NCBI GenBank assembly: GCA_013239625.1
Contig: MU054001.1
Coordinates: forward strand, 2,300,151 to 2,364,150
Origin: Lama guanicoe
Taxonomy: Eukaryota
DNA: 64,000 nucleotides
Reading direction: 5' to 3'
In this document: in pieces, positions 50,076-62,407 of the stretch
Position numbering within the stretch: the first letter of the stretch is position 1
How the letters are laid out: the number at the start of each line of letters is the position of its first letter
Notes under the pieces: model-generated
Database searches by the model: none
What the model was told of the DNA's origin: nothing
What the model saw: the letters and a program-made list of their open reading frames with translations, nothing else
Made by a program: the position numbers and the translations under genes

Positions 50076-53074
50076 TTTTTTTTTTTTTTTTTCTAATTTT
50101 ATTTTATTTTTTTATTTTTTTTACATTTTTATTGATTCATAATCATTTTACAGTGTTGTGTCAAATTCCAGTGTTCAGCCCAATTTTTCAGTCATACATG
50201 GACATATACACACTCATTGTCACATTTTTTTCTCTGTGATTTATCATAACATTTTGTGTATATTTCCCTGTGCTATACAGTGTAATCTTGTTTATCTGTT
50301 CTACAATTTTGAAATCCCAGTCTATCCCTTCCCACCCTCTACCCCGCCCCCCCCCCGGGTAACCACAAGTCTGTATTCTCTGTCCATGAGTCTATTTCTG
50401 TCCTGTATTTATGCTTTGTTTTTGTTTGTTTGTTTGTTTTTGTTTTTTAGATTCCACATATGAGCGATCTCATATGGTATTTTTCTTTCTCTTTCTGGCT
50501 TACTTCACTTAGAATGACATTCTCTAGGAGCATCCATGTTGCTGCAAATGGCATTATGTTGTCGGTTTTTATGGCTGAGTAGTATTCCATTGTATAAATA
50601 TACCACATCTTCTTTATCCAGTCACCTGTTGATGGACATTTAGGTTGTTTCCATGTTTTGGCTATTGTAAATAGTGCTGCTATGAACATTGGGGTGCAGG
50701 TGTCATCCTGAAGTAGATTTCCTTCTGGGTACAAGCCCAGGAGTGGGATTCCTGGGTCATATGGTAAGTCTATTCCTAGTCTTTTGAGGAATCTCCACAC
50801 TGTTTTCCATAGTGGCTGCACCAAACTGCATTCCCACCAGCAGTGTAGGAGGGTTCCCCTTTCTCCACAGCCTCTCCAGCATTTGTCATTTTTGGATTTT
50901 TGAATGACGGCCATTCTGACTGGTGTGAGGTGATACCTCATTGTAGTTTTGATTTGCATTTCTCTGATAATTAGTGATATTGAACATTTTTTCATGTGCT
51001 TTTTGATCATTTGTATGTCTTCCTTGGAGAATTGCTTGTTTAGGTCTTCTGCCCATTTTTGGATTGGGTTGTTTATTTTTTTCTTATTGAGTCGTATGAG
51101 CTGCTTATATATTTTGGAGATCAAGCCTTTGTCGGTTTCACTTGCAAAAATTTTCTCCCATTCCGTAGGTTTTCTTCTTGTTTTATTTCTGGTTTCCTTT
51201 GCTCTGCAGAAGCTTGTAAGTTTCATTAGGTCCCATTTGTTTATTCTTGCTTTTATTTCTTCTAGGAGAAAATTTTTGAAATGTATGTCAGATAATGTTT
51301 TGCCTATGTTTTCCTCTAGGAGGTTTATTGTATCTTGTCTTATGTTTAAGTCTTTAATCCATTTTGAGTTGATTTTTGTATATGGTGTAAGGGTGTGTTC
51401 TAGCTTCATTGTTTTACATGCTGCTGTCCAGTTTTCCCAACACCATTTGCTGAAGAGACTGTCTTTATTCCATTGTATATTCTTGCCTCCTTTGTCGAAG
51501 ATGAGTTGACCAAAAGTTTGTGGGTTCATTTCTGGGCTCTCTATTCTGTTCCATTGGTCTATATGTCTGTTTTGGTACCAATACCATGCTGTCTTGATGA
51601 CTGTAGCTCTATAGTATTGTCTGAAGTCTGGGAGAGTTATTCCTCCAGCCTCTTTCTTTCTCTTCAGTAATGCTTTAGCAATTCTAGGTCTTTGATGGTT
51701 CCATATAAATTTTATTATGATTTGTTCTAGTTCTGTGAAATATGTCCTGGGTAATTGGATAGGGATTGCATTAAATCTGTAGATTGCCTTGGGCAGTGTG
51801 ACCATTTTAACAATATTGATTCTTCCAATCCAAGAGCATGGAATATCTTTCCATTTTTTAAAGTCTTCTTTAATTTCCTTCATCAATGGTTTATAGTTTT
51901 CTGTGTATAATTCTTTCACCTCCTTGGTTAGATTTATTCCCAGATATTTTATTACTTTGGGTGCTATTTTAAAGGGGATTGTTTCTTTACTTTCTTTTTC
52001 TGTTGATTTATCGTTAGTGTAAAGAAAGGCAACTGATTTTTGAACATTAATTTTGTAACCTGCTACCTTGCTGAATTCTTCGATCAGCTCTAGTAGCTTT
52101 TTTGTGGACCTTTTAGGGTTTTCTATATATAGTAACATGTCGTCAGCATATAATGACACTTTTACCTCTTCTTTTCCAATTTGGATCCCTTTTATTTCTT
52201 TCTCTTGCCTGATTGCTGTGGCTAGGACTTCCAGGACTATATTGAATAGGAGTGGTGATAGTGGGCATCCTTGTCTTGTCCCAGATTTTAGTGGGAAGCT
52301 TTTGAGTTTTTCACCGTTGAGAACTATGCTGGCTATAGGTTTGTCATATATAGCTTTTATTATGTTGAGATATGTTCCCTCTATACCCACTTTGGCGAGA
52401 GTTTTTATCATAAATGGGTGTTGAATTTTATCAAATGCTTTTTCTGCATCGATTGAGATGATCATGTGGTTTTTGTCCTTTCTCTTGTTGATGTGATGTA
52501 TTACATTGATTGATTTGCGTATGTTGAACCAGCCTTGTGTCCCTGGGATGAACCCCACTTGGTCATGATGTATAATCTTTTTTATGTGTTGTTGGATTCT
52601 ATTTGCTAAAATTTTGGTGAGGATTTTGGCGTCTATGTTCATCAGTGATATTGGCCTATAATTCTCTTTTTTTGTAGTGTCTTTGCCTGGTTTTGGTATC
52701 AGGGTGATGGTGGCTTCATAGAATGAGTTTGGGAGTATTCCCTCCTTTTCAATCGTCTGGAAGAGTTTGAGAAGGACTGGTATGAGTTCTTCTTTGTATG
52801 TTTGGTAGAATTCCCCGGTGAAGCCGTCCGGTCCTGGACTTTTATTTGTAGGGAGGTTTTTAATTGCTATTTCTATTTCCTTTCTAGTGATCGGATTGTT
52901 CAAGTGTTCAGTTTCTTCTTGATTCAGTTTTGGTGGACAGTATGTTTCCAGAAACTTGTCCATCTCCTCTAGGTTATCCAGTTTGGTTCCATATAGTTTT
53001 TCATAATATTCTCGTATGATATTCTGTATTTCTATTTTGTTTGTTGTAATTTCTCCATTTTCCTTTCTTATTTT
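50076..53074 (-). mobile_element. Young 5'-truncated LINE-1
   Basis: polyT tail at 50076, 3'UTR, uninterrupted ORF2 frame to ~53074. Confidence 0.97.
50447..52963 (-). CDS. L1 ORF2p C-terminal part (reverse transcriptase + Cys-rich domain); endonuclease lost by 5' truncation
   Basis: 838-aa ORF with SPGPDGF, NYRPISL, QGCPLSP, YADD and CWRGC...HCWWEC; frame stays open 37 further codons upstream to the truncation point. Confidence 0.95.
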   Translation of the reverse strand: MDKFLETYCPPKLNQEETEHLNNPITRKEIEIAIKNLPTNKSPGPDGFTGEFYQTYKEELIPVLLKLFQTIEKEGILPNSFYEATITLIPKPGKDTTKKENYRPISLMNIDAKILTKILANRIQQHIKKIIHHDQVGFIPGTQGWFNIRKSINVIHHINKRKDKNHMIISIDAEKAFDKIQHPFMIKTLAKVGIEGTYLNIIKAIYDKPIASIVLNGEKLKSFPLKSGTRQGCPLSPLLFNIVLEVLATAIRQEKEIKGIQIGKEEVKVSLYADDMLLYIENPKRSTKKLLELIEEFSKVAGYKINVQKSVAFLYTNDKSTEKESKETIPFKIAPKVIKYLGINLTKEVKELYTENYKPLMKEIKEDFKKWKDIPCSWIGRINIVKMVTLPKAIYRFNAIPIQLPRTYFTELEQIIIKFIWNHQRPRIAKALLKRKKEAGGITLPDFRQYYRATVIKTAWYWYQNRHIDQWNRIESPEMNPQTFGQLIFDKGGKNIQWNKDSLFSKWCWENWTAACKTMKLEHTLTPYTKINSKWIKDLNIRQDTINLLEENIGKTLSDIHFKNFLLEEIKARINKWDLMKLTSFCRAKETRNKTRRKPTEWEKIFASETDKGLISKIYKQLIRLNKKKINNPIQKWAEDLNKQFSKEDIQMIKKHMKKCSISLIIREMQIKTTMRYHLTPVRMAVIQKSKNDKCWRGCGERGTLLHCWWECSLVQPLWKTVWRFLKRLGIDLPYDPGIPLLGLYPEGNLLQDDTCTPMFIAALFTIAKTWKQPKCPSTGDWIKKMWYIYTMEYYSAIKTDNIMPFAATWMLLENVILSEVSQKEKEKYHMRSLICGI

Positions 53075-53075
53075 T

Positions 53076-53615
53076 GATAAAAGTAGATCTTAAAAGTTCA
53101 CATCACAAGAGAGAAATTGTAACTGTGTAGGGTGACGGATGTTAACTAAGCTTATTGTGGTAATCATTTCCTGACATGTATGCAGTTAACCCATGAACAA
53201 CATGAGTTTGAACTGCGCAGGTCCACTTATGCGTGGGATTTTTTTTTTCTAGCAAATATGGTACCTGTATTTTCATTTTACAGATCTTTAACTAAGTGTG
53301 GGGAAATTTTTGAGTTTAATTAGAGATGACAATATGTGGAATCAGAAGAACTAGGGTTTGAGTCCTGATTGTATCCAAACTGCTTCAGCTTCCTGCCTCT
53401 GGATGAGTCTTTTAGCAATTCCTTAGTTTTTGAGGCAGAAATAGCAGTTATGCAGAGTTTTGGCTGTGTGGGAGCATTGGCACCCCCAACACCCACAGTG
53501 TTCAAGGGTCAATTATATATATATACACACACATATATCACAAATCACTATGCCATATACCTTAAACATATACAATGTTATATGTCAATTGTATCTCAAT
53601 AAAACTAGGAAAATA
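53076..53615 (+). mobile_element. Older L1 3'UTR split by a Tigger2-like MITE
   Basis: agtagatcttaaaagttc...attgtggtaatcatttc; resumes and ends tatgtcaattgtatctcaataaaactaggaaaa. Confidence 0.8.
53183..53515. mobile_element. Tigger2a-like Tc1/mariner MITE
   Basis: TIRs cagttaacccatgaacaac ... gtgttcaagggtcaatta; internal tttgaactgcgcaggtccacttat; inserted in a TA-rich site. Confidence 0.85.
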
Positions 53616-53960
53616 ATTTTAAAAAGAGTCATGGAGCCTGAGTCTGCTAGTTGTAAGAAGCCAAACAGGAGGGTTATGTGACGTGTGGCCCGAGGCCACC
53701 CCTGTGGGGCACCTGTGATGGGCCTTGTACAAGCAGAAGAGTGGGGCACTGATCTGTAGGGAAGGCAAAAAAAGAACCAAAGCAAACATGCTGAGAGGAG
53801 TAACAATCTGAAACTAGAAAGAGGGAAAAAGATGAAGCAGAAAACCGTCTATCGGTTTCCTGGTTCCCATGAGGTCTAACTCTATAACCTGCTCTTTGAT
53901 TTTGTGAGTTTTTCTGTAGTTTTAAAATAAACTCCCTTTTGACTTGAGCAAATCTTATAA

Positions 53961-54352
53961 CTGTATTTCCCCCCAAATTTCATATGGTGAAACCCTGACT
54001 CTCAGTACGTCAGAATTTGACTGTTTTTGGAGACAGGGCCTTTAAAGAGGTGGTTAAGTTAAAATGGGGCCTTTAGGGTGGTCCTTAATGCAGTCTGACT
54101 GGTGTCCCTGTAAGGAGAGATTAGGACATAGAGAACGCAGGGGTGCCCTAGCACACAGACAGGTGACCAGGAGAAGAAGCAGCACTTGGCTGGCCATCTC
54201 CAAGCCAGGGACAGACTTGGCTCAGGAGGAACTAACCTGCCCCCACCTTGATCTGGTGCTTCCAGCCTCCGGAGCTGGGAGAAACTACACTTCTGTTGTT
54301 TAAGCCAACCAGCCTTTGGTATTTCATATGGCGGCCCTGACAAGCAAACACA
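53961..54352 (+). mobile_element. MLT1A/B-like LTR
   Basis: ttggagacagggcctttaaagagg...cttccagcctccggagctgggagaa...ttctgttgtttaagcca. Confidence 0.85.
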
Positions 54353-54354
54353 GC

Positions 54355-55005
54355 AAATTAAGTGAGCTTCAGCGCTTTCAGTTGCATGTAACAAGATGTA
54401 GAGTTAATTGGCTCAAAGGGTAGAATATGTATCATTTCACACAACTAGGAATCAGGAGGAAAAAGAGCTCCAGGGTTGGTTAATTCAGTGACTCATGACA
54501 TCGTCAAGGATCTGTGTTCTTTGCATGTTTCTGCTTTGCCATTCTTATCTCAGGATGTCAGCTCTGACCTCAGGCTAGATCCCTTCATGTTGACAAGATG
54601 GTTGCAACATTTTCAGACACAACATTGTCCAGAAGAAGAAATTATAATATCTTCTTTGAGTGTTTCTTGTTAAGAGCAAAAAAACCATTCTTAGAAGCCC
54701 TTCTGCACTTTTTTGCAAACCTCATCAAACAGAAATGCGTTGTTATTGTGCTGAACACTGGAATTTGACACAACATTGTAAAATGATTATAAATCAATAA
54801 AAAATGTTAAAAAAAAAAAAAAAAGAAAGAAATGCTTTGTTGCCAGTGACTAAACTAATCACCGGCAGTGAAAAATGGGGACATCACTATAGGATCTACC
54901 CTGAATGAGTATGGCCCCATGGGATGGGGCCCACATAAAAGGGAGGTAGGTTTAGGGCAAAAAGAATGGGAAACGAATTTGGGGTAGATAACCAACAGTC
55001 TCTCT
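54355..55005 (-). mobile_element. MLT1-like LTR containing the short young L1
   Basis: tttcagttgcatgtaaca...caagatggttgca...ggtagataaccaacagtct. Confidence 0.65.
54745..54827 (+). mobile_element. Extremely 5'-truncated copy of the same young L1 family
   Basis: matches the 3' terminus of the L1s at 19110 and 50076; polyA; TSD agaaatgcgttgtt (54731-54744) / agaaatgctttgtt (54828-54841). Confidence 0.85.
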
Positions 55006-55726
55006 GGCTCCTTTCACCAATCTTCCCTAGATAGCAATTGTGTGTACAAGATTATTATAGAGAACTATCACAAATGTGTTGTTGAAATAGAGATTCTTCT
55101 TTAAGATCACTCCTCTAATCTATTAGTCTAGTTAATATACACACACACAAACAAATATAAAATAAGTTTGGATTTTTGTATTTTGATAATCCTGCATAAT
55201 TTAACATCGTTGTATACATTCTTTCATCTGCTGCAGATACATTTTACAAGAACGAGAAAATGAGGCTCAGAAACTTACAATGATTTTCTCAAGAACATGT
55301 AATATTAACTCCCAGAACACTGGAAAAAAGACCAGTGGGCACACGTAGTGAGTAATGACAGATTAGATTAGAGATATAAAACTAGAGGTGTAAAAGCGGA
55401 ATCTAGGTCACGTTATGAGGACCTTGACTATCTGGGGGAGAGGTGAAAACTGACTAACCGTATAGTAAGATCTTAATCTGAGGAGTGACACAATACAATG
55501 ATATTTTAGGAAGATTGACCAACAACTCATTTCCAAAAACAGTTCATAAGAGCCTTAGCTAAACAGCGTATAGGGACCGGACTCAGCCTGGGGTTCATTC
55601 ATTTCCCTGTAACCAATGTTTATTGAGCACATTCCATGTGAGAGGCCCTGTATTCAGCAGTAGAGACCAGGGAATGATCAAGATAGATACGGTGCCTTTC
55701 CTTGTGTCTATTAAAGGCAGAGGGAT

Positions 55727-56092
55727 CTGTATTGGTCAGAACAGGCTAGGCATTGCTCCAGTAACAAACAGTGATATGGCTCAAAGCCAGAAAATGTGTT
55801 TTTGCACAAATAAATTATGAGACATGAATGGCCCTCCTCTATCTTCCACCTATGGCCCCTGGAACACTTGGCCTCCAAGGACACCAGAGGAGGGCAAGAG
55901 AGATATGGAGGATGCCTTCCACATCTTAATTATCTCAGCCTGGAAGGGACACGCATCTGCTCACAGTTCATTGGCCAGAATTGGTCATGTGACCCCTTGC
56001 CTAATGGCAAAAAAAAAAGGGCTGGGCAATATACGGTGGGGGGACGGGGCAGCACATGAACATTTGGAAAACAGTAATTGTCTCTGCCATAG
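55727..56092 (-). mobile_element. MLT1-like LTR
   Basis: tgtattggtcagaacaggctagg...cattggccagaattggtcatgtgaccc...tctctgcca. Confidence 0.7.
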
Positions 56093-56329
56093 AATTTTGT
56101 AATAAATAAACTCAGGTAAAGATTTGTTTCTTCTTTATTCACTTATATAGTTGTACTATGGTTATATAAACAGCATTTTAATGAGAACTTCTGCTTGAGG
56201 AGAAAAAGTATCATATTAACCTTGCTTTCAGGCTGTGAGTATAAGGAGAAGATAAAGAATAACAAGTCAATACTAAAGAAAGGTGACATTTTTATTTCTT
56301 TGCCCTGCAGTGATGCAGTAGAAAGAAAA

Positions 56330-56550
56330 GACCTCAATTTGCATCACGGCTCTCCTATGTGCTCCTTCTGTGTCCTTAAGCAAGTCGTTTAACCTCTGTG
56401 AGCTCACGTCTTCAACTTAAAAAAAATAGGGAATAATACTACCTACTTCAGAGAGATGTCATGAGGATTAAAATTTTAAATATACATATGCAAATGTCTA
56501 CATTACGCCGCAACTGGCACACAGTATAAACTCATTAAATGTTAAATGAG
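56330..56550 (+). mobile_element. MIR
   Basis: ccttaagcaagtcgtttaacctctgtgagc...atgaggattaaa...ctggcacacagta. Confidence 0.75.
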
Positions 56551-56844
56551 TCTGCTGTATATGAGTCAAAGCAAATTTTAGATCAGAGCACCCAGCCGGG
56601 TTTTCATGTCATCCTCCACGTAGACTCTTGCATCAAATCTAACTCAGCTGCCTGGCCTTCAAAACTCTGTTCCCTTTCACTTCTCATGCTGCCTCTTTCC
56701 CCTACAATTTCCTGGTGTCTTATCTCACCAAGCTCTTCCAACCTCAGTGACTGCTCCAGCTAAACAATTTTACCTGCTGTCTGAGACTTTGATAAGTCTC
56801 AAAAGAAAAAAAACAAAAACCCTCTTCCCTGGTCACTGATTGCA

Positions 56845-57197
56845 TTATTATTTCAAAATATCAGGGGCCCCTCCCTACCAGACCATTCCCTACAGGAGAA
56901 TGGGACTTACTGTCCCCCTGACATCAGGCTTGGCCGTCTGATTTGCTTTGACCGGTGAAAAGTGAGTGAAAAATGTGAGCAGAAGCTTCGAGAGCCACAG
57001 CATGCTTCCACTATCTCTTTTTCCTCTGCCACAAAGCCAGATAGAAGCTTCTGTTTCAGCTCTGGTCCCGAAGTGAAAATGTGGCTGGTGGTAGACAGAA
57101 ATGTAGGTGAGAAATTGTCCTTTGTGGTGATAATCCACTAAGATATTAGGGGTTATTTGTTACTGTAGCATAATCTATCCAAGAGATGGCTGACACA
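56845..57197 (+). mobile_element. MLT1 (H/I-like) LTR
   Basis: ggcttggccgtctgatttgctttgacc...ccactaagatattaggggttatttgttactgtagcataa. Confidence 0.75.
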
Positions 57198-58544
57198 ACA
57201 CCACGTCCCCACCACCAACATGATCTCTTCTCTTTAATGACTGTATTCAAAAACTTCTTCCCCATGGCACTTTTTCCTCTCTCTTGCCTCCCTCAAATGC
57301 TTTCTGCTTTCACATGCCTTCTTCATGAAGCTTCCCCTAATTAGCTTGATCTTAAACGATGTCTTCCTTCTCTAAGCAATACCGTAATGTGTTATCTACA
57401 GTAATAATCTGTAAATAAATGCTTGTTGACTACATTAGGGAGAGAATGCTTTTCCTATGGCACTAATGACAATATTTCACCATGATAATACTTTCCCCAT
57501 GTCTTATAATCTTTGCTGTGAACAGGGATCATACTTATTCCCATTTCTGGAAAGTTAGCACCAGGTACCTAGAAAGGCACAGTGAAATTTTGAGCAATAA
57601 ATGATGTGAGTTTCAGTTCTGGGTAAGATGGAGTAATCACATTCTACCCTATTTCTCCCTCTGAACGCAATTACTTGGTACTTCAGGCACACAGTGGGAA
57701 CTCAACTGCTGATGTTTCTAGATGAAGAGAGCTGTTTGTCTTTCAGTAGAACAATAGCTGGCATGTGGCTTTGGACTGTAGAATGGGTTTCTTTAGACCA
57801 GTTAAGTGCAAATACTTTCTGAAGCTCCTTTCCATGGGACTGAGCATTGGCTAGTCCCACAGATGTTGGCCAGAAAGTTGGACCTTTCATGGCTATAATT
57901 TTGTTGTTGTCGTTGTGGGTATGTGAGAGACCAAAAAGTGTCTGTAGGGATCTCTCCAGATTTATGAGCGCAGCATCCTCAGTGAAAAGTGGGAGAAGCT
58001 CATGATCAACAGTCTCACGGGGTCAAAAGGAAAAGAATAGGTGGGGAAGGATGCCTGTAAGACTTGGGATGGTGTTTGCGTGGCGACCTGCGTACCTTGT
58101 GCAACTGGCTTCATTTTATGGTGAAAAAGATATTTTGAGGAACACTGGAGAGTTCTTTAAAAAACAGTTATCTACTGCTGGGGAAAAAAAAATAAAACAG
58201 TTAAAGACATAGTAGTACTGGACACATAGGGCAATAAATAAACAACTTGGGGAGAAAAATTAAATTTGGATTTTGTGATTTAAACTCTAGGAGAATCCAA
58301 GACACTCATGGGATGTGTTGTAAATGAACGAGGGAGGGAAACAAAAGCAGGAAGGAAGGCAGTAGCGGGTGGTAGAGACTAGCCTTAGGGCCAGCCCCAG
58401 TTAGGAGACCCAGTAAGGTATCACTTTTTACTAGAGACTCTACCTCAAGATGTTTCAACCAAAGAGCCTTCCATAATGATGACCTGGGTTTCCTGCCTGT
58501 CCTGGGTTCCTGGGGTCTGTTTCGGTATAAGTGGAGCAAGGGAA

Positions 58545-58602
58545 TGGCAGTGCTATTTCATTGCACAACTCTAGGGGGCACCACCCACACTGCATTTATG
58601 TA
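58545..58602 (+). mobile_element. MER91-like hAT relic carrying a CTCF-like motif
   Basis: tgcacaactctagggggcacca resembles recalled MER91 core gcacaactccagggggcgcca. Confidence 0.45.
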
Positions 58603-59041
58603 AGGGAAAGAAGTTGTATTCTCCTTTCCCATCAATAGCCATAGAAAGAGGAAATCTGATGTTTTTCATGAACCGCTTGCCAAGACCATCTTTCTACTTG
58701 ATTTCTATTATATATTTAACCATTCTTCAATTCCCAGAGTCCTGGTTCAAAATTTTTAATGTTTTTCCTTTTATTCAACATGTTGACACAGGACACACTG
58801 AGCAGTAAAAACGAAACGATTTTACCTGCTTGCCTTAAATAGCAAAGCTCTTTTGCTAACCAGCCTCACTTCTTTAAACATGCTTTTCAGAAAAGCACCA
58901 ATCCTCTAATCTAACTTGTAAAACATTTAATATTTTGGCTATACAGCTTTAATGACTATCCAAAAGTCAGGCTCTCTGGACAATGGGAGCTGCTGGACTA
59001 TTGTTCATTGACCACAAAGCCATGAGGTGGCTCTTTCTCCC

Positions 59042-59055
59042 AGGTCAAGAGGTCA
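59042..59055 (+). promoter_or_regulatory. Perfect DR2 nuclear-receptor element (AGGTCA-AG-AGGTCA)
   Basis: exact consensus direct repeat in unique-looking, non-repeat DNA; function unproven. Confidence 0.5.
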
Positions 59056-62000
59056 AGCTCTGCGGCATTAATTTTGCTGAGTTTCTTTGTTATAAATAAC
59101 AAACAAGGTCATTTATTTTCATTTTCTTGTTTCTAATTGCATGCGTCTACTCCCGAGGATGAACTCCATAAACAGGTGGCTGGAATGCTGGGGAGAAAGC
59201 TTGAAACAGTTCCAGAAAAGAGGGCATGTCCCACTCTGGCGAAACAGTTTGATGAGTTAGAGATTTCGTCACTGCAGGATACGCACCTGCGCTATTACTC
59301 GAAAAGCAAACACTCGTCTGTTTGGCACGCACAGATCTATGTAAATTAGGGGAGATTATTTTGCTGCTAGTCCTTGGCTGTTCTGTGATCAAATGCAATT
59401 GTTTCCCAATTCTTGAGAAACAGAATCTTTATCGGACTCAGATGGTTTTCACATTTTTTTTTTTTACAATTTTAATGTTCTACGGTTATTAAAAATAACA
59501 TGCCATATAAATTAAGCCTAGAAACACGGGTGCTTATCAAAGAAAGGATGTCATCGGAGGCTCCAACTAGGGGAGATATTTACTTGCAATGGTATACAAA
59601 TCTGTCATGGAAGGATTTAATTAATATCTGCCCAATGATTCTCTCTCCTTAATGCCCCTATAACTGTCCTTTGGTCAAGAATAAAAAATGGACTGACCCC
59701 CACCCATCGCTATGAGAGTCCCCGATCCTCAGTTTTCATTGTTCAGCCAGTGGGCTTTTTGGGCAACACTGCAGGGCCCCTCTTGCTGGAAAACCTCTGA
59801 GCTTCCTGGTTTCCACTCCTGTATAAACCTCCCCCATCACCACCTTTGTCTCTTTAGGGGGAAAAAAAAATCTCTTTCTCTTGAGTGAGATAAAAACTAC
59901 CCAGTATTTGTTTCTGGAGTGTAATTATAAACTTCATTGTACATTCTTCCTGGCTTTGATGCTTATCTTGAAGAGTTCAGTGAAAATAAATTGTTTTTAT
60001 GAAAGCAGAGAAACCATTTGATAAACATGCTGTCTGTGAAAATTGTTCCTGCAAAAGAGGTCATTCTTTCACTTTAAAAGAAATAGAATATATTTCAGAA
60101 AACAGGCAGGACAACAGTTAGGATTTCTGTGAATACAGGATAGTTTTTTTTTTCTTTAAGGCAGGGTGTAAACACACTGAAAATTGCACACCTCCTGATT
60201 GTGTGGAATGTATTGGTTTTTAAAATAGCTTTATTGAAGAGATACTTAGGTCACAAGCAAATACTTGCTACATTTCATATTTCTCAGAATGAATTCTCAG
60301 CTCAGTCCTTTTTTTTTTTTTGCTACTAAGGGTTTGGGGGTTACTGGTCTGTAATTACTACATATGTGTCAGAACCTATGCGTGTATCTATTCTTAGTAA
60401 GAGTCAAACTCAGCTGGGAAAATGATTCATTTTCTAGACTTCTCCTGCCTGGTAGCATAGAGAACAGTATGGCCAAAATTGGTTGTAGTAAGATGAGAAA
60501 CAACCTCACGTACATAAAAATACATATTTATTATCATGTATGAAAAGCTTGCTTAATTTTTCCCCATTTGCTCAGGTTTCTGTAATTTTTTTGACCTAAG
60601 TAAAAATACTAAAATAGTTCACATTTCCAGATCAGAAAAGTTTGGATAAACTGAAAACTGAAACTAACAATGACAATGCTTGGGGGTTTTTTTCACGCTG
60701 TAATTCCTGTGTGGACCACTCTCCTGGTGATTAGTTTTCGAACCTGCGCTAGAGACGTGTAATGAGGGCCCCGAGGTCAGAGTGCTTCCTCTATACCATG
60801 CGTACATTCACTCTTGTGAGAGCTTGACAGGTCTTGACTCGATTTTATATGCATGTGATTTAGACTATGAATGTTAAGTGTTGATTCTCGACATGAAACT
60901 CTTAAATTTCATGGAGATGAGTGATACGGACACTGAGAATCTATGCTCCATAGAAATGCTATGCTTTATGACATGAAGCTAAATTCAGACATAAAACCAA
61001 GTGTAAGACATTTTTACCAATATAATACATTAGCTGTTACTATGGGAATAGAGAAGAAACTTGAGTTGCTCTGGCCTTGTTAATTTCCATTTGGAGCTGC
61101 TGTTAATTTGGCTACATTACATATTGCAAACCAGGATCATAATATTTGGACAGAACTTTTCATGACCCAAACTCAAGAAAATTAAGCTGTATATCATGTT
61201 TAATACTATCCTCATCTCAATGGAGGAAGCAGAACACTGGTTAAATTACTGTTCACAGATCCCTAAAAGTGGGGGTCTCAGTAAGATCTTAGGTTATAAA
61301 ACTCAGCAGGATTAATACAGTCCTCATGGGAACTTTTTTGCTTAATTTGGAACCAGATAAAGTAAAGAAAGTTTTCGAGTTCTGTCAAGATGTAAAAATA
61401 GTTTTCCTATTATGTAAAGTCTGTGTACTTTCCCCCTATTTTTTAGAGATTCTTGGATGATACCAACTACCCAAACATCAGGCTAATAAGACTGACATTT
61501 TTGACCTGAATCACATAAAAACCGTATGGGAATTTCTTTTGCCCAGAAGTTGTATTTTGGCTGCAGAACTGTTTCTTGGGCTGCCCTTCTAAATCAATGC
61601 CTGTTAGCACTCTGCAGCATAAATTCAAAGCATGTTTAAGATACGTTCTTGGAGAAGTTTCTTCAAATTCAAGGCTAACCTAGTACAAAGGAAGCCTTTG
61701 TCTGTGGCATTTCAGAAACAAAATGCTGACAGCCTGAAAAAGGTGACACCCTTACGATGACAAACAGCACGACAGTTACAATTGCATTAAATTTTTAAAA
61801 GCATCGTTCTGAAGTTTTTGATGGATGGGCTTCAAATTCACTGGAAACCTTAAAATTGGGTGGTATGCTGAATGCAGTCGCTAATCAGATCAGCTCTAAA
61901 TGCACCAGCATGTAATTCTTGTTTTAATGCCCACGAAAGATCTAAAACAGCAGGGTGCTAAAGGCCCCCTTCCGCCCCCCTCAGGTAGTTTGTTCTTCTC

Positions 62001-62385
62001 CAAATCGGAAGAGTTTGGTTCACTCTTTCCAAATCTTTCTTTAACCAGGTTCCCTGGGAAGGCTATTCCACTATGAAAACACCTGCCTTTCCTCCTCTCT
62101 CCTTTCTTTCCTTTCTTCCTTCTCACTTTCCTTTCTTAAATGAATGTTTATCTACTGCAAACCACCTAAGTACCAAGCATGGTCCAAGATTCTTGGGATA
62201 AGGCAGTGATCTAGCTGGGGCTCTGAGCAGGGTGTCTTGCCCTCCCTGGAGCTTTCTTTTACAACTACCGTGGATGCAAATTTGTTTATCAGATTGCTTC
62301 TCCCGATAGCAACAGTTAGCTGTGTCATTAGGTGATCTTCAGGGAACTGGCTGGGACGGGGCATGCGTACATATGTGCATGTGAA

Positions 62386-62407
62386 TGTGTGTGTGTGTGT
62401 GTGTGTG
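62386..62407. repeat. (TG)n microsatellite
   Basis: tgtgtgtg run. Confidence 0.9.

Noticed and set aside
50949..52424. Plus-strand ORFs of 186 and 118 aa
   Set aside because: Antisense shadows of L1 ORF2
59137..59349. 70-aa ORF or possible exon in the putative conserved block
   Set aside because: Non-ATG start, no recognisable protein and no convincing splice pair; cannot be fully excluded without RNA data
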